Assembly: GCA_001724245.1 (NCBI GenBank)
Contig: MEDX01000028.1
Location: 1-41,293 of the forward strand
Reading direction: 5' to 3'
Length of the DNA stretch: 41,293 nucleotides
DNA from: Fonticula-like sp. SCN 57-25
Taxonomy: Eukaryota
Positions 1 through 12,815 of this stretch are shown here, one piece after another. A program made the translations under genes and the position numbers. The notes under the pieces are model-generated. The model saw nothing but the letters and a program-made list of their open reading frames with translations. It was not told the origin of the DNA and did no database searches. Positions within the stretch are counted from its first letter, which is position 1. Each line of letters starts with the position of its first letter.

Positions 1-28
1 CCGTCTTCTTACCGCTTCTCCCTTTCAG

Positions 29-1798
29 CGGTTCCTTCATTGGCTCATCCTCAAGCGGCTCGAGGTGCGCAAGCTCTACCGGCAGCTGAACGCGTCCAAA
101 TCGTACAAGGAGTGGCGGGCCGTTGCCAAGAAGCTTGACACGTACGGCTCTTTAGCATAAACGTATCCATTTTAACATGAATATGTGGTTATAAAGGCTT
201 GAGGGAAAGGATTCGTGGAAGACCACCGATGATTCGAGCCTCTTTGATTCGCGTCTGATCGGCGCGCGCCTCATGAACCTCGCGGAGGCGCGTGCCAGCG
301 GCGACATTGACCAGATCGTGTTTGTGCTGCGCGCCGGTCTTATCCGGAACATTGGCGGCATCGGCAACCCGAAGCTGTACGCGCACTGCCTGACGGGCAC
401 CAAGACCATCATCGAAGAGGCGCGTGCCAAAGGAAGGGGATATGTGCTGGTGCTTGTGTGTGCATTAGAGTGTTTATATCACCGTTTGTGTTACTATTCT
501 GATTCCATGAGTGCTTGAAACGCCGATTCTAATACCCTCTTAGTATCATGTTGAAGTCGAGCGTCTTTTGACGACGCTCCGCGAGACCGAATCCGAGTCC
601 TTTTCCTCGCAGGCAAAGTACGAGATGCTCGTCGAGTGCCAGCAGAGCTTTGGCCGCACCGCTCTTGTCCTCGCCGGCGGTGCTGCGCTTGGTGTGTACC
701 ACCTTGGCGTTGTGCGCGCCCTTCTCGAGGCCAACATGCTCCCCCGCGTGATCTACGGAACGTCTGTTGGCGCAATGGTCGCCGCCCTGATCTGCTCGTA
801 CCCGACGAGCGAGCTCCCCCAGCTGTTTGAGCGCGGTGGCCTGAACCTGTCTGCCTTTTTCCAGCCCAAGCCCGGCAAGCCCGGCTGGAGCGTGAGCCGC
901 CGCCTGAACCGCCTGCTCAAGCACGGCGTGCTGATGGACGTGAGCATCCTCGAGACGGCCGTGCGCGACAACATTGGCGACACGACCTTTGAAGAAGCCT
1001 TCAAGCGCACCGGCCGCATCCTCAACATCACGGTGGACGCGCAGGCGCGGAATCAGCCGCCCGTGCTGCTCAACTACCTCACGGCGCCCGACGTGGTCGT
1101 GCGGAGCGCGGCGTGCGCGTCGTGCGCCATCCCTGGCCTCTATGACCACGTGCCGCTCCTCGCAAAGGACCACACGGGGCAGCTCGTAAAGTGGAACTAT
1201 ACTGGGCACGCGTGGCACAGGCAGTCAATCGAGAGCGAACTGCCCTCATCGAGGCTCAGCGAGCTCTTCAACGTGAACCACTTTATCCTGTCGCAGATGT
1301 CGCCGCACATTGTGCCGCTGCTCCCGCGCTCTTCAATGAAGTTTCGCGATGGACCGGGCGCGCTCATCAAGACATTCATCCGCTCAGAGCTCAAGCACAG
1401 GCTCGGCCAGGTGCGTTGTTTTCTTTTTCTTTAGTGCCGTACCTGACATGGTTGTTTAGCTTGCAGAGATTGGCGTCCTGCCAAACTGGACGGTCAATCT
1501 GCTCAACACGGTGCAGCAGATCTACATGGGCGACATTATTATCGTGCCAAACATCACCATGAGCGATCTGCGCGACTTTTTGCGCACACCGACCGACGAC
1601 TTTTTGCAGGTCTGCATCCTGCGCGGGCAGCAGTCGACGTGGCCGCAGCTGAACCTGATCCGCGGGCACCTCGCGGTGGAAAACTGCCTGGAGCGGCTGG
1701 TTGAGGAGCTGCGGCAGGAGCTGGACGTGCAGAGGCGCGCAGAGTCGAGCCAGCTGCCGGTGCCGCCGATCCAGCGCAGGCGCAGGTCGGTCCTGTAG
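29..1798 (+). CDS. Patatin-family triacylglycerol lipase, TGL3/SDP1-like (5' end lies outside the window; 4 visible exons)
   Basis: Spliced exons 29-141, 197-419, 544-1410 and 1460-1798 give SYKEWRAVAKKLD...W, RNIGGIGNPKLY...GTKTIIEEY, FGRTALVLAGGAALGVYHLGVV, GTSVGA (GxSxG), TFEEAFKRTGRILNITV, LLNYLTAPDV and RLSELFNVNHFILSQ, all hallmarks of TGL3/4/5-SDP1 lipases. Confidence 0.92.
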
Positions 1799-2011
1799 CC
1801 GTGTTTGCGATTATTTCTGACCGGCTTTTTGACCGATATTTCTGTTTGTATCCATATGACCCCTACCATTCTGTCTATAATGATATTATTCTGCACCAAA
1901 TAGTGAATTGCACCTTTTGCAGAGGCAAGCAGCACAAATATGCAATAGCAACGCAAGATGAAAACGAACACGAATAGTCATACAACAAACAAGGGTAATG
2001 TACATAAAGTG

Positions 2012-3582
2012 CTATAGGATGGGCGATGCGGAGCGCCCAAAGTGCGCAAACGGCCTGCTGGGCAGCGCCTCTGCGCTTCCCGCCTGCCCCGTCCCGCCGC
2101 ACAAGTTGGAGCTGCTATTGAACGCGCTCCCCGTCATGAGCGCAAATGTCGAATTGCTCATCGACTCTGCCGGATACGACACCACCGCGTTCGCCGCCGC
2201 GTCGCCGTTGATGGCCGACAGCATCTGCTGGTACGTCACGCTGTTCTCGTCCACCTCGGGCATGCCGCTCATCGACATGTCCGGCACGGCGAGCGGCAGC
2301 GGCTGCATCGGCGAGCCAGCCGGGAACGCCGAGTCGGGCATGTCCAAGTACGACGTCCACGCACGCGAGTCGCTGTCCGGCTCGCTGCGGTCCGACGGCT
2401 TCATGGGGGAGGGGCGCGACGGCGCGCGCGAGAATGACGAGAGCGCGTCGAGGCGTGCGACGCCGGGCGACAGAGAAGAGGAAAACGCGCCGTTCGGCGC
2501 CTCAAATGACGACGACGGCACCGGCAAGGGCGTCACGCGACGAAGGGCCGGCGCAACAGGCGCGGGCGCGGACGCGGAAGGTGCCTTGCGCTTCAACGGC
2601 AATGTCGGTGGGGTTGGCCTGGGCGCGGCAGGCTTGACAGCCCGCTGCGGAGGCGTCTGCTGCTTCTGCTGTTGCGGCGCCGTCTTCTTTGCCGGGGCCG
2701 CCGGGGCGGGCTTTAGCGTAGGCGTATCGGCACGAAGCATCGGCGCCAGCGGCTTGGGCGTTGCCGACGGCGTGAGCGGCGCGCTGCTTGTCCGCGGCAG
2801 CGCCGGCGTCGCGTAAAAGACGTCCTCGGCGGGCGCCGAAGCATCCATGAGCGATGACTCGTAAGCGGTATTCTAATGCAGCATGTCAGCATTCGCACAC
2901 GCGGCGCAGGGCGGTGTGCGCACAATGACGTCATTCCAGTCGTAGTAGAGCGTGAGGCTGTCGCCGAGGACGCCGCGGGCGGCGCAAATGTCGCCGACAG
3001 TGAGCGTTGGCGACATTGTCCAGTTCACGGGCGCCTGGTCAGAGGGAAGCAGCCGAAGACCTTCGCCGACAAGGCACGCACTATTGGCTGGCGTCCACTT
3101 GGAACACAGATGCTCATACACGCGCTGCACATTCTTAGTCTTGCGCACCGACAGACTGCGCGGGAGGTGAGCAAGAAAATAAAAAAAAGCTGAAGAACGC
3201 ACTGCAAAAAGGGATTAAACTCGTGCCGCTCGAGCAGGTCTCTTACTGGTTTCCTGTACGGCAGGAGATGCAGCTTGATCCTCGCGGCGCCGTCACTCTG
3301 CTTCACACCACTCGCCGTCGGCATGCTCGGAGTGATCGGCGATGCAGGCGATCCCACCCGCGGCGGACTACTCCCGCTGACAAAGCCGTTCCCGCTGCTT
3401 GTTGGGGGCGTCTGCGGCATGCGCGTCGGGGTCGCAACCGCCGCCTGCGGGGCACCCGATGGCTTCCCTTGAATGCGCGCGATCAGCTCAGTCACACGCG
3501 TCACCTGCTCGTCATCAAGCCTCCATCCCCGAAGCACAGAATCAAGCGTCTGGCCGTGGGGGAAGAGATCCGACACCGCCAT
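2012..3582 (-). CDS. Protein with a CRAMP1 (Cramped)/plant TKI1-like conserved domain and a long Pro/Ser-rich tail (3 exons)
   Basis: Spliced core RIKLHLLPYRKPVRDLLERHEFNPFLHLSVRKTKNVQRVYEHLCSKW...LRLLP...WT...LTLYYDW matches the recalled TKI1/CRAMP1 pattern KIKLQLFP...HNPHLEL...KKISSVLEHLxxKW...YGW. GT-AG introns at about 3202-3156 and 2923-2873. Confidence 0.65.
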
Positions 3583-3934
3583 TGGCCTCGAAGCGTGACG
3601 CGCGCGCGCAAGACAGTGTTTGCGGAGCGGCGCGGATGCGGCGGACAAGAAAATGATCAAAGCGCCAAAACTCGGTTGGCGCTCAAAATTGCAATTTTCG
3701 GTTCGCGCCCTTTTTCAGGATTGGCGCGCTATGATCTGATTGGCTGATGTCCACAACGGTGACTCATCAAATCGTCGAATCTCTTTCATGATCTCTTTTG
3801 AAGATCTGAACAACGGGCGAACGGATTACCATCAAAAATGCTTATATTGTATGCAGAAATAATACAAAACGACATTCGGCCTACAGCCACCAAAGTAGAC
3901 TGAATGGCTCTGTAGAAACATCACTTTAAAACTC

Positions 3935-5153
3935 TTATACTTGGTCTGATATGGAATCCATGGACAGCTCGGTCGAGATCGCCGGCATCGCCTTCTCCAT
4001 AGTCTGCTCATTGGTCAACTGGTACCACACGCGCGGCCAGCTGCTCGACAGCGGCGCGCAGCAGATGGCCCGCAGCTCGGCACCGCACGAGCTCTTGTAA
4101 GGGTTCTTTGTGTACCGCCTCGACAGCTACAAGCACCGCGAGCGCATTAGAAAACAGCAGCAAAGATTAGAGAAAGAAGGGAAACGCACCAATTCGTTTG
4201 TTGTCAATTGCTTAAAGAGAAGCAAAATGTGAAAGTTGACGAGAACGCCCAAGCCAATCAGCCCCATCAAGCACGTCACAAACATAAACGCCCTGCCAAC
4301 GAGAAACGAGCGTTAGATCAGCAGCGCGAGCACCAGATCGGCGGCCGTACGATGTCGGCGTCGCAGCGAGCGCCTCGCCAAATGAAAGGCTAAACACGCG
4401 CGCGTAGGTCGCGATGAGGACGGCCGACTGGATCACGATGTAGACTCCCAGCGTGAACGCGGAAAAGATAAAGGACAGAAAGAAGCGGTAGTTGCGCTTT
4501 CCAATGCAGGTCGAGAGGTACGGGCAATCTACCAACAAAAAGTTAGATATTCGCTCAATGATCGCTCAAGCATACGGTGGTCAAAGCGCTCTATAGCCAG
4601 TGTGAGTGAAAATGGCAACATTTATCCCCAGCGCACCGATGCAGTTGTTGCACACTCCGCAGTGGTTGGAGCGCGGCGGCCGGTACATGTTGCACGTCTG
4701 GCAAAACTTGCAGTCAACGTCAATTCCATTCACAGCAATGGAAATCTTGAACGGCGACAGCGAATCATCCTCCTCTGAAGCGGGCCGCCGCGGCAGCATG
4801 CTGGTCATCATTAGAAGCGGCCTTTGCGTCATTCGAGACGTACCCAGGGTCAGTGAAAGCGGCCATTTGGAGCGCCCCAAAGCAGAAAAGAAACAAGAGG
4901 ACGGTAATCAGCGGCAGTGCGGGCGACACCAGCGTCCACAGCGGCGGCGCCCTAACGGGGAGTCAGCAGCGGGGTACAGAGCATCGACCGGGCCGTACAT
5001 GAGCGCCAAATAGACAATAAAGAGGGCTGTTATGACAAAAGACAAATAAAAGACATTCCAGCGGCTCGGGCCTTGCATGACGCGAGCGCCGCAGTAGAGG
5101 TTGTAGCGCGGCGGCTGCACCTCCACAGCCACGGTCATCGGCTCTTGGATCAT
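3935..5153 (-). CDS. DHHC palmitoyltransferase, Erf2/ZDHHC9-14-18-like (multi-exon)
   Basis: [44 protein letters not shown] is assembled across two introns. N-terminal YCGARVMQGP plus TM segments, a TTNE motif and NPY downstream. Confidence 0.93.
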
Positions 5154-5442
5154 GGCGACGCACGACGATCCGCCGAAAATCAGAACAAATCAGGCAAAAT
5201 CAGACACGTAAATATGAAGGATCGTCGGTGTGCGTGTGAAGGCACGACTAGAGTGGACCGGAAAAAGGCGCCACCAGCTGCTGGCGCACTCTAAATTCGA
5301 ATACAAAACACCTTTGTGACCAGATGGCCGACGATGAAATCCGTCGCACAATGTTTGTATCTCAAAGACCAAAGTGAGATATACTTATAGAATCACATTG
5401 GATCCTTTTCCCACGTTTTGAAACTTGTTTCTCACGGTCAGG

Positions 5443-8400
5443 ATGCTGTCGGCGGCCGCCCTCCGTAGCCGCACAAAAGTGCTCGCTCTGCGAGGCGTTC
5501 GCGCTTACCTCGAGGGTGAGACGGTGTACGGATTCCGTATTCCGCGCAAGCTTCAGCTGCCGCCCTATTCCGCCGAAGAGATCGCCAACCGCAAGGAGAA
5601 TGCCAACCTTCTCCGCATGGTCTCCTCCTTCCGCACCTACGGCCATCTAGAGGCCGATCTGGACCCCCTCGGCCTCCAGAACCGCGGGAAAGCGCAGGAA
5701 CTGCGTCTTGAAGAGTACGGTCTTGAAAAGGATGACGGGAAACGCTTCAAGACGGCGGGCATTCTCCACATGAAGGGCGCCTCGAGCGAGGCGTCCCTGA
5801 ACGACATTGTCGGGCATCTCCGCGCAACCTACTGCGGCCGGATCGCTTTCGAGTTTGAGCATCTGGTTAACCCCAGCGAGCGTCGGTGGTTCGCCGAGAT
5901 GGTGGAAGGCCATCAGTCGCCCGAGCTGTCGGATAAGGACAAGCTCCACATCCACGGCCTCCTCGCCCGCTCCGAGGTACACACCGCCGATGCCGCCTCT
6001 CGTTGGTCTCACACTCGGCCTTGCAGACCTTTGACGAGTTCATGGCGAAGCGCTTCCCGCAGGTGAAGCGCTACGGCCTCGAGGGCGCCGAGAGCATGAT
6101 TGTCGCCCTGGACGCCCTCTTCCGCGGTGCCAGCGAATGTGCGCCTCTTTTCGCCCCCCTTTTTATTCCCTGACCCCCCATTGCAGATAACATTTCAGAG
6201 ATTGTGCTCGGCATGCCTCATCGCGGCCGCCTGAACCTCCTCACAGACGTTCTCCGCTTCTCCCCTGGCGCGCTCTTCCACAAGATTATGGGCAACTCTG
6301 AGGTGCCCGAGGGCGTGAACGCCGCCGGCGACGTGCTTTCGCACTTGTCCAACTCTGTTGACCTGACGTACGCGGGCGACAAGTCTGTGCACGTGTCGCT
6401 TCTGCACAACCCGTCTCACCTTGAGGCCGTGAACCCCGTCGCGATGGGCAAGGCGCGCGCCAAGCAGATGGACCTTCAGGCGACGCTCGAGCGCGCCGCC
6501 TCTGGCGCGCCGTCGTCGTGCGCCATCGGCGACCGCGTCATGTGCGTTCAGATCCACGGCGACGCTGCGTTCACCGGCCAGGGCGTTGTGATGGAGTCGC
6601 TCGCCATCTCTGACATTCCTCACTTTTCGTCTGGCGGCAGCGTGCACGTCATCGTCAACAACCAGATTGGCTTCACGACGCCCGCGATGAACTCGCGCTC
6701 GTCCATCTACACCAGCGATGTCGGCAAGATGATCAACGCGCCCGTCATCCACGTCAACGGTGACAACCCGGCCGACGTGCTGCGCGCGAGCGAGATTGCG
6801 CTCCACTTCCGCCAAAAGTTCCGCCGCGACGTCATCATTGACCTTGTGACGTACCGCCGCTGGGGCCACAACGAGCTCGACGAGCCGGCCTTTACGCAGC
6901 CCGAGATGTACAAGATCATTCGCGCGCGCAAGAGCGTCCCGCACCTGTTTGAGCAGCGCCTCGAGAAGGAGGGCGTCATCACCGCCGCCGCCGCCAAGGA
7001 GACCCGCGAGAAGGAGTACGCTCGCCTCGACGCGCACATGAAGGAGGCGCCGCAGTACAAGCCGCAGCCGTACTACCTCCAGGGCAAGTGGGAAGGCATG
7101 ACCATCAACACATCGCGCCTCGGCGAGGACGTCCAGACTGGCGTCGACGAGGAGACGCTCAAGCGCGTCGGCCACGCGTCCATCGCCGTCCCTGACGGCT
7201 TTGTCATCCACGAGCGCCTCGAAAAGGGGTACGCAACGTTCATTTGTGCACAGTTCTTTTGCTGACGCAATGTTCTTCCCTTTGCAGCCATGTTGTGCCG
7301 CGCGTGCGCCGCATGACTGACGGCGCCAAGCTCGACTGGGCGACCGCCGAGGCGCTTGCCTTTGGTTCGACGCTGCTTGAGGGCTACAATGTGCGCCTGA
7401 GCGGACAGGATGTTGGCCGCGGCACGTTCAGCCACCGCCACGTGATGCTCGTCGACCAAAAGACGGAGAACGTGCACACGCCGCTGAACCACCTTGGCGA
7501 CGGCAACGCCGGCCGCCTCGAGGTCGTGAACAGCGCGCTCAGCGAGCTCGCCGTGCTCGGCTTTGAGTACGGCATGAGCCTCGAGAACCCGCGCCTTCTC
7601 CCCATCTGGGAGGCGCAGTTTGGCGACTTTTTCAACGGCGCTCAGGTCGTGATTGACACCTTTATTGCCTCTGGCGAGAGCAAGTGGCTTCGCCAGTGCG
7701 GCCTTGTCATGCTTTTGCCGCACGGCTACGACGGTGCCGGCCCCGAGCACTCTTCGTGCCGCGTTGAGCGCTTCCTCCAGCTGAGCGACGAGCCGCTCGC
7801 GCTTGCCGACGGCGAGGACGCCCCGCAGCCCAACCTTCTCGTGCTCAACTGCACGACGCCCGCGCAGTACTTCCACGCGCTCCGCCGCCAGGTCAAGCGC
7901 ACGTACCGCAAGCCGATGGTGCTCGTCGCGCCCAAGACGCTGCTCCGCCTCCCCGCCGCGGTCTCGGACCTCAGCGAGATGGGGCCGGGTACCGCGTTCC
8001 GCCCGGTGCTCCCCGACGCTGCCATGCAGGGCAAGGAGCACCGCGTCGAGAGGCTGATTCTGTGCTCGGGCAAGGTCTACTACGAGCTCGAGGAGCAGCG
8101 CAAGAGCCGCGGCATCACCGACACGGCCATCGTCCGCGTTGAGGAGCTCTCGCCGTTCCCCTTTGCAGAGCTCAAGGAGCAGGTCGAAAAGTACTCGAAC
8201 GCGAACAGCATCGCGTGGGTGCAGGAGGAGACGCAGAACGGCGGCGCGTGGGCCTTTGTCGAGGTACGAAAAATGCCTTTGTTTGGCCCCTTTTGCCTGT
8301 GATTTTGGTGCTAATCTGTGCCTTTTACTCAGCCCCGCATCCGCTCGATCCTCCCCGAGGAGCTCAATCTCTCGTACGTCGGTCGCGCGCCGTCTGCCAC

Positions 8401-8476
8401 GCCCGCCACCGGTGTCTCGTCCGTGCACAAGAAGGAGGTCGCCAAGCTGTACAACGACGCATTCTCGTTCGAGTGA
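5443..8476 (+). CDS. DHTKD1: 2-oxoadipate dehydrogenase E1 (DHTKD1, OGDH family), mitochondrial; 5 exons
   Basis: Arg-rich presequence, VYGFR N-terminal motif typical of DHTKD1, [32 protein letters not shown] motif [34 protein letters not shown] and [22 protein letters not shown]. Confidence 0.9.
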
Positions 8477-8654
8477 TCCGTCCATACATGTCGACATACG
8501 CTAAAGTGCCCAGTCTGCAAAAAATAACGATGAACGACCCATTTTTGTGTCACTTAATAAAACCGCATTTCCATTCGATGCCTATTCATGACTGTATTTA
8601 AAAGCACACAAAAGAAAGAAAAGTGTATAATATAAAGCAAAAAGTAATCGCCGC

Positions 8655-10221
8655 CTACGCCTCGAGCAGCGCGAGCCTCTCTGCCTGCTCCTTTTTCTCC
8701 TCCTCGCTCGCCGCGCGGCGCGTGACAAGCACCTTTTCTGGCGGCGGCACGTCCACATCCGTCTACAATGACAGTCAGCACAAAATACAAATCTTTTTCA
8801 CTGCGCACCCTTCTCCTCTTTTGGAGTCGCAGCCTATTGGGCGCCTCCTGGTAGCACACCGCCTCCTCCTGCTTGAGCGTAAAGATAAACGTCTGCGCCT
8901 TTGTCTCGCGGTCAAACTGCATGTACTCGGCCACTACTTCATACTCGTTGGCCTTTTCCTCCTCCTGGTCGTCCTCGTCGTCGTCAAAGGCGATCCTCTT
9001 GAGCGTCTCCTCTGTCGGCACGCAATAGTAGTAGAGCGTCTGGCGCTTGTGCATCGGATGCTGCTTGGTGACGATAAACGCGTTCTCGCGCTGCAGCCCG
9101 CGCAGCTCCTCGTCGGGCATGCCGACGGCGGCGCGCGCCTTGCTGAGGTCGGGCGGCGCCTCAAACCCGACGCGGACGACGCGGTTGGCCCACTGGTCAA
9201 AGTCGGGGAAGACGGGCAGCACCTCGACGGGCGTTAGCGACGGCTTGGTCGGGTGCACGGGGTCCTTCTTGGCGGCGGCAAAGGTCGCCTCAATGAGAGC
9301 GGGCTGGTCTTCGGGCGCAATGTATTCGAGCTTGCGGACGGGGTTGCGGATGCGCTCAACGTACGTCGCATCGTCGGGGCGGCCGAGAATATTGTTTGAC
9401 ATGGCGACGTACTCGCTGCGGCGCAAAAAGGGGACATTTACCTTGGCCGTAGAGGAGCGGTCGGCGCGAGCGGCGCGCGACGGGTCCGACTCGGAAACGG
9501 TCGACAGCATCAGCGCGCGATCCTCGGGCGCGAGCGCATCGAGAGATGCGTTCGCTTTGGTCGCAAGGGCCGAAACATCAACAAGATCAATGGGGATGCC
9601 GAGCATCAGCTCGGAGCGGAGCTCGCGCTTCTGCGTCTGCTCAAGAGACGTCGGCGTAAACTTGGTGAAGCGCGCGGGATCATAGGAAAGGGAAAGCGAT
9701 TTCGGCTCAAAGGGGATCTCGGGGAGCGTGTTGCGGTATTTTAGCTTGCCGAGGAACCAGTCCTTCTTCGGGGGCATCGACGCGCGCTTGTCGGGAATAC
9801 GCGTCATAGAAGAAGATGAAGAAGAAGTGGGCGCAGGGCGCGATCCCGACGACGACGACGACGGGGCAGGCTTGGACGCCGAGGCGGGATGCCGCGACGG
9901 CGCAGAGGAACTCGTTGTAGGCTTTACCGGTTCAGCCGCGGCCGGACGTGCCGAGCTCGCAGCAGCGGCGACAGCGGCGGCATTCGCGTAAGCCCACGCA
10001 TCCGCGGTCGGCGGCATCTGCTGCACGCCGTAGGGCATCATGCCGGGCGCCGCAGGCAGCATCGGGACCATGCCCGGCATAGGGAATCCGGCCATAGCGG
10101 GCGGCGCCATGCCGGGGGCAGTGTGCACGCCAACACCGCCCATCGGGGGAGCGTACGGTTGCGAGGGAGGCGCCGATGGAGCGGGGCGGCCGCTCGCATC
10201 ATGGCCGTACTGGTTCCACAT
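8655..10221 (-). CDS. PAF1: RNA polymerase II-associated factor 1 (Paf1 complex) with a Pro/Met-rich N-terminal extension
   Basis: FLGKLKYRNTLPEIPFEPK, TSLEQ, LGIPIDLVD, VPFLRRSEY and IEATFAAAK...HPTKPSLTPVEVLPVFPDF are Paf1 signatures. One 3' intron at about 8808-8763. Confidence 0.93.
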
Positions 10222-10352
10222 CCTCGTCGCTGTTGGTGCAGGCGCGATGCGGAATACAAAAAAAATCTTTCCCGTGGGATTCTCTATGAATGGACGGTTC
10301 ATTCGACAAACGGTCCTGACAGCATTGTGGCAATCGTGCAGGGTTTGCTGAC

Positions 10353-11242
10353 ATGGCGGCGGTGTTGGGGCAGCTCGCCGAGCGCCTCGAGCAGGAGTCG
10401 GCCAAGCGCGAGGTGCGCTTCGTTGGAGCCATACATTGAGCATGACGCTAAACAAGGCGTAGAGTATCAGGACAGCGGTCAAGGCGCTTGATCAGCATGG
10501 GCGGTTCATCCTCGCATCGCTTCAGTCAATCCACGCGCAGTCGAATGGTGCGCCACCGCGCGTCATGCACCTGAAACTAAACATATCCGCTCATTGTGCT
10601 AGTCCAAGCGACGTGCGAAGCTGTCAAGCGCGGCCTGGCAGAGTCGCTCCCGCTTTGGCAGCAGCTTGCAAGCGAGATCCCGCCTTCCCTCTACTACAAG
10701 TACGTTCCGTCACGATTCAAGCAGCGCCCTCACACTACATAGGTACAACGACATGTTCAAGCAAGTTCTCCAGCAGTACATCTTTTACGTCTGCTTCCTT
10801 TCGTTCGCCGAGTCCAACCAGTTTGCCTCTTTTGAGCGCGTTCAGAGCGTCCTCGGCAGTACGTGCATTTCCCGCCAAACCCCGAGCTGACTCCCGCGCA
10901 GTTCCCGCCGAAGTCCAGACCGAATTCCACTTTGACATTGAAGACTATTTGTTTGGTCTTGCCAATCTTTCCCCCGAGCTTGTACGTCTTTTTTGCCCCA
11001 TTTATTCCCTCTCACGAGTGTGCACACAGTCTCGCTGGGCCGTCAACTGCGTCATCCACGGCGATTTTCAGCGCCCCTTTGTCATTTCTGCCTTTCTCGC
11101 CGAGCTGCTCTCGTCGTTCCAGCAGCTCAACCTGAAGAACGACGCGCTCAGGCGCAAGTACGACGGGATAAAGTATGACGTCAAGAAGGTGGAGGAGGTC
11201 GTGTACGATATCAGGGTCAGGAACCTTGGCGCCCCGCAGTAG
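10353..11242 (+). CDS. TSN: Translin (C3PO subunit), multi-exon
   Basis: Spliced product contains E-SIRTAVKALDQ...LQSIH, FHFDIEDYLFGLANL, SRWAVNCVIHGDFQRP and FQQLNLKNDALRRKYDGIKYDVKKVEEVVYDI, the translin C-terminal signature. Confidence 0.93.
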
Positions 11243-11573
11243 CTGCGCACATGTTGGTGAACTCTAATTCGAGCATGAAAGTCCGATAAAAGGGATTTGT
11301 TCATATAATAATTTACTGCGATATCAATATGGTATATTTACTTTTTTGATAAACAACTCGACGATACATTTTTCAAAGATACGAATTAGTGCGCAAGAAT
11401 ACATACACCAACGGATATGGTTTGACAAACAAAGCGAGAGTAGAACTGCAGCAGAGCATGATGGCCAGCAACAGGCTTGCTACAGACACTCCCTCTGAAA
11501 ATAGCAATAGTAGACAGCAAAAGGAACTGATGCGAGACGGGATAGATATGAAGAAGAAACGTTTGCAGTTGCT

Positions 11574-12154
11574 CTAGTCCTCGGGCGGCGGAGGCGTGTC
11601 GAGCGGCATGTCGTACAGGCCGTACAGGTACTTTTTCGCTTCCTCCAGCTGCCCCGGAATGCTACCAACACTGGGTAAGTACCTACACTCAGCAGCCGCA
11701 GCGCCCGCGACGTACGCTTTAATGAGCTTTTCGCACGCCTTTGCCGCCTCATCCTCGGGCACGGGGGTCGACTTGTCCGGCAGCTCGCGCGCCGCTTGGT
11801 TCTGTATCGTCTCGCACGACTCGCGCACCTTGCGGATACCAACCACGGCGGCGCTGCCTTTCAGGTAGTGCGCGCGTTTGGAGAGGTTTGTGAGATCCCG
11901 CTTTCGCCTGCAACGTGGCAACCGTCATGAGCAACGGTCAAAAAAGGAAAAGGGAAAAGAAAACGAGGAAATGGCGCGTACAAAAGATCGGCCAATTCGG
12001 GCACAACGTCGTTTGCTTGCGAAAAAAACTTTAGAATGAGCGTCCTCGAAAAAGAGTCGTCATCGTCATCGTCGCACGACTTGATCGACTCAAAGGCGGG
12101 GACCATGATAATGCCATCGTCCAGCGCGTCAAAGTCAATCTCGGTCGCGGTCAT
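11574..12154 (-). CDS. YPD1: Histidine phosphotransfer (HPt) protein, Ypd1-like; start may lie further upstream
   Basis: IIMVPAFESIKSCDDDDDDSFSRTLILKFFSQA...DLTNLSKRAHYLKGSAAVVGIRKVRESCETIQN contains the HxLKGS phospho-His motif. Two short introns. Confidence 0.9.
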
Positions 12155-12815
12155 CTTCCTGGAGGCAGTATTCACTGCCGGCTCAGTGTCGTCGGAATCC
12201 GCCCGAGGCCGCTTTTGTTGCGCAGACGCCAGGTTTACTCAAATGTCCTCAAGAAACGAGGGCGCGCAAATAACGGAAACAACCACGTCAAAAAAGAAAA
12301 AAAAGAAGAGATCTCTGCTGAAGCAGCGCGAGAAATCAGCAGGTGTTGATGCCGTTACCCCGCTTCCAATTCGCGGTTCTCCGAGCGCAGGACACTGGAA
12401 GAGCAGCAGGAGCAAGGGAGGTCGAGTCACACTTGAAACAAGTGAGGCGGGTGGACCCAGGGGGGAGGCTGGCAAATCCGGACTTGGCGGATGCAAACTG
12501 AGATGCAAACTGAGATGAAGGTATGTGACCCCTTTCCTCCTGCTTTCCTCGGCCGCTAGCAACTTTAACGCGCCCATATTGCGTGTACACCTGGCGGGTG
12601 TGTCCCTGGTGCGTATGGCAAGGTTGCTTCACGTTTACATATGCGCGATAGGGCGGCTGATAGGCTCTGCCCGCGCCAAGTCAGGGGGTCACATTTTTTC
12701 TTTGGCAGAATTGGAGGTTGCAGTCCGAGTCTTGATGGTCATCAGTGCCAAACACTGATTAACTTTGGCAGTTTGCACTTTGCAGGATTGCAGGCGGCAG
12801 TCTCGAACAGCGAGC

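Noticed and set aside
6195-8497. Long antisense ORFs (338 and 474 aa) opposite DHTKD1, and similar ones opposite other genes
   Set aside because: These are shadow ORFs expected from GC-rich, C/G-ending codon usage, and they show no recognisable motifs.
10222-10482. 87-aa N-terminal extension of the Paf1 ORF given in the ORF track
   Set aside because: It starts at a non-ATG codon and overlaps translin exon 1 on the other strand. ATG 10221 is the more plausible start.
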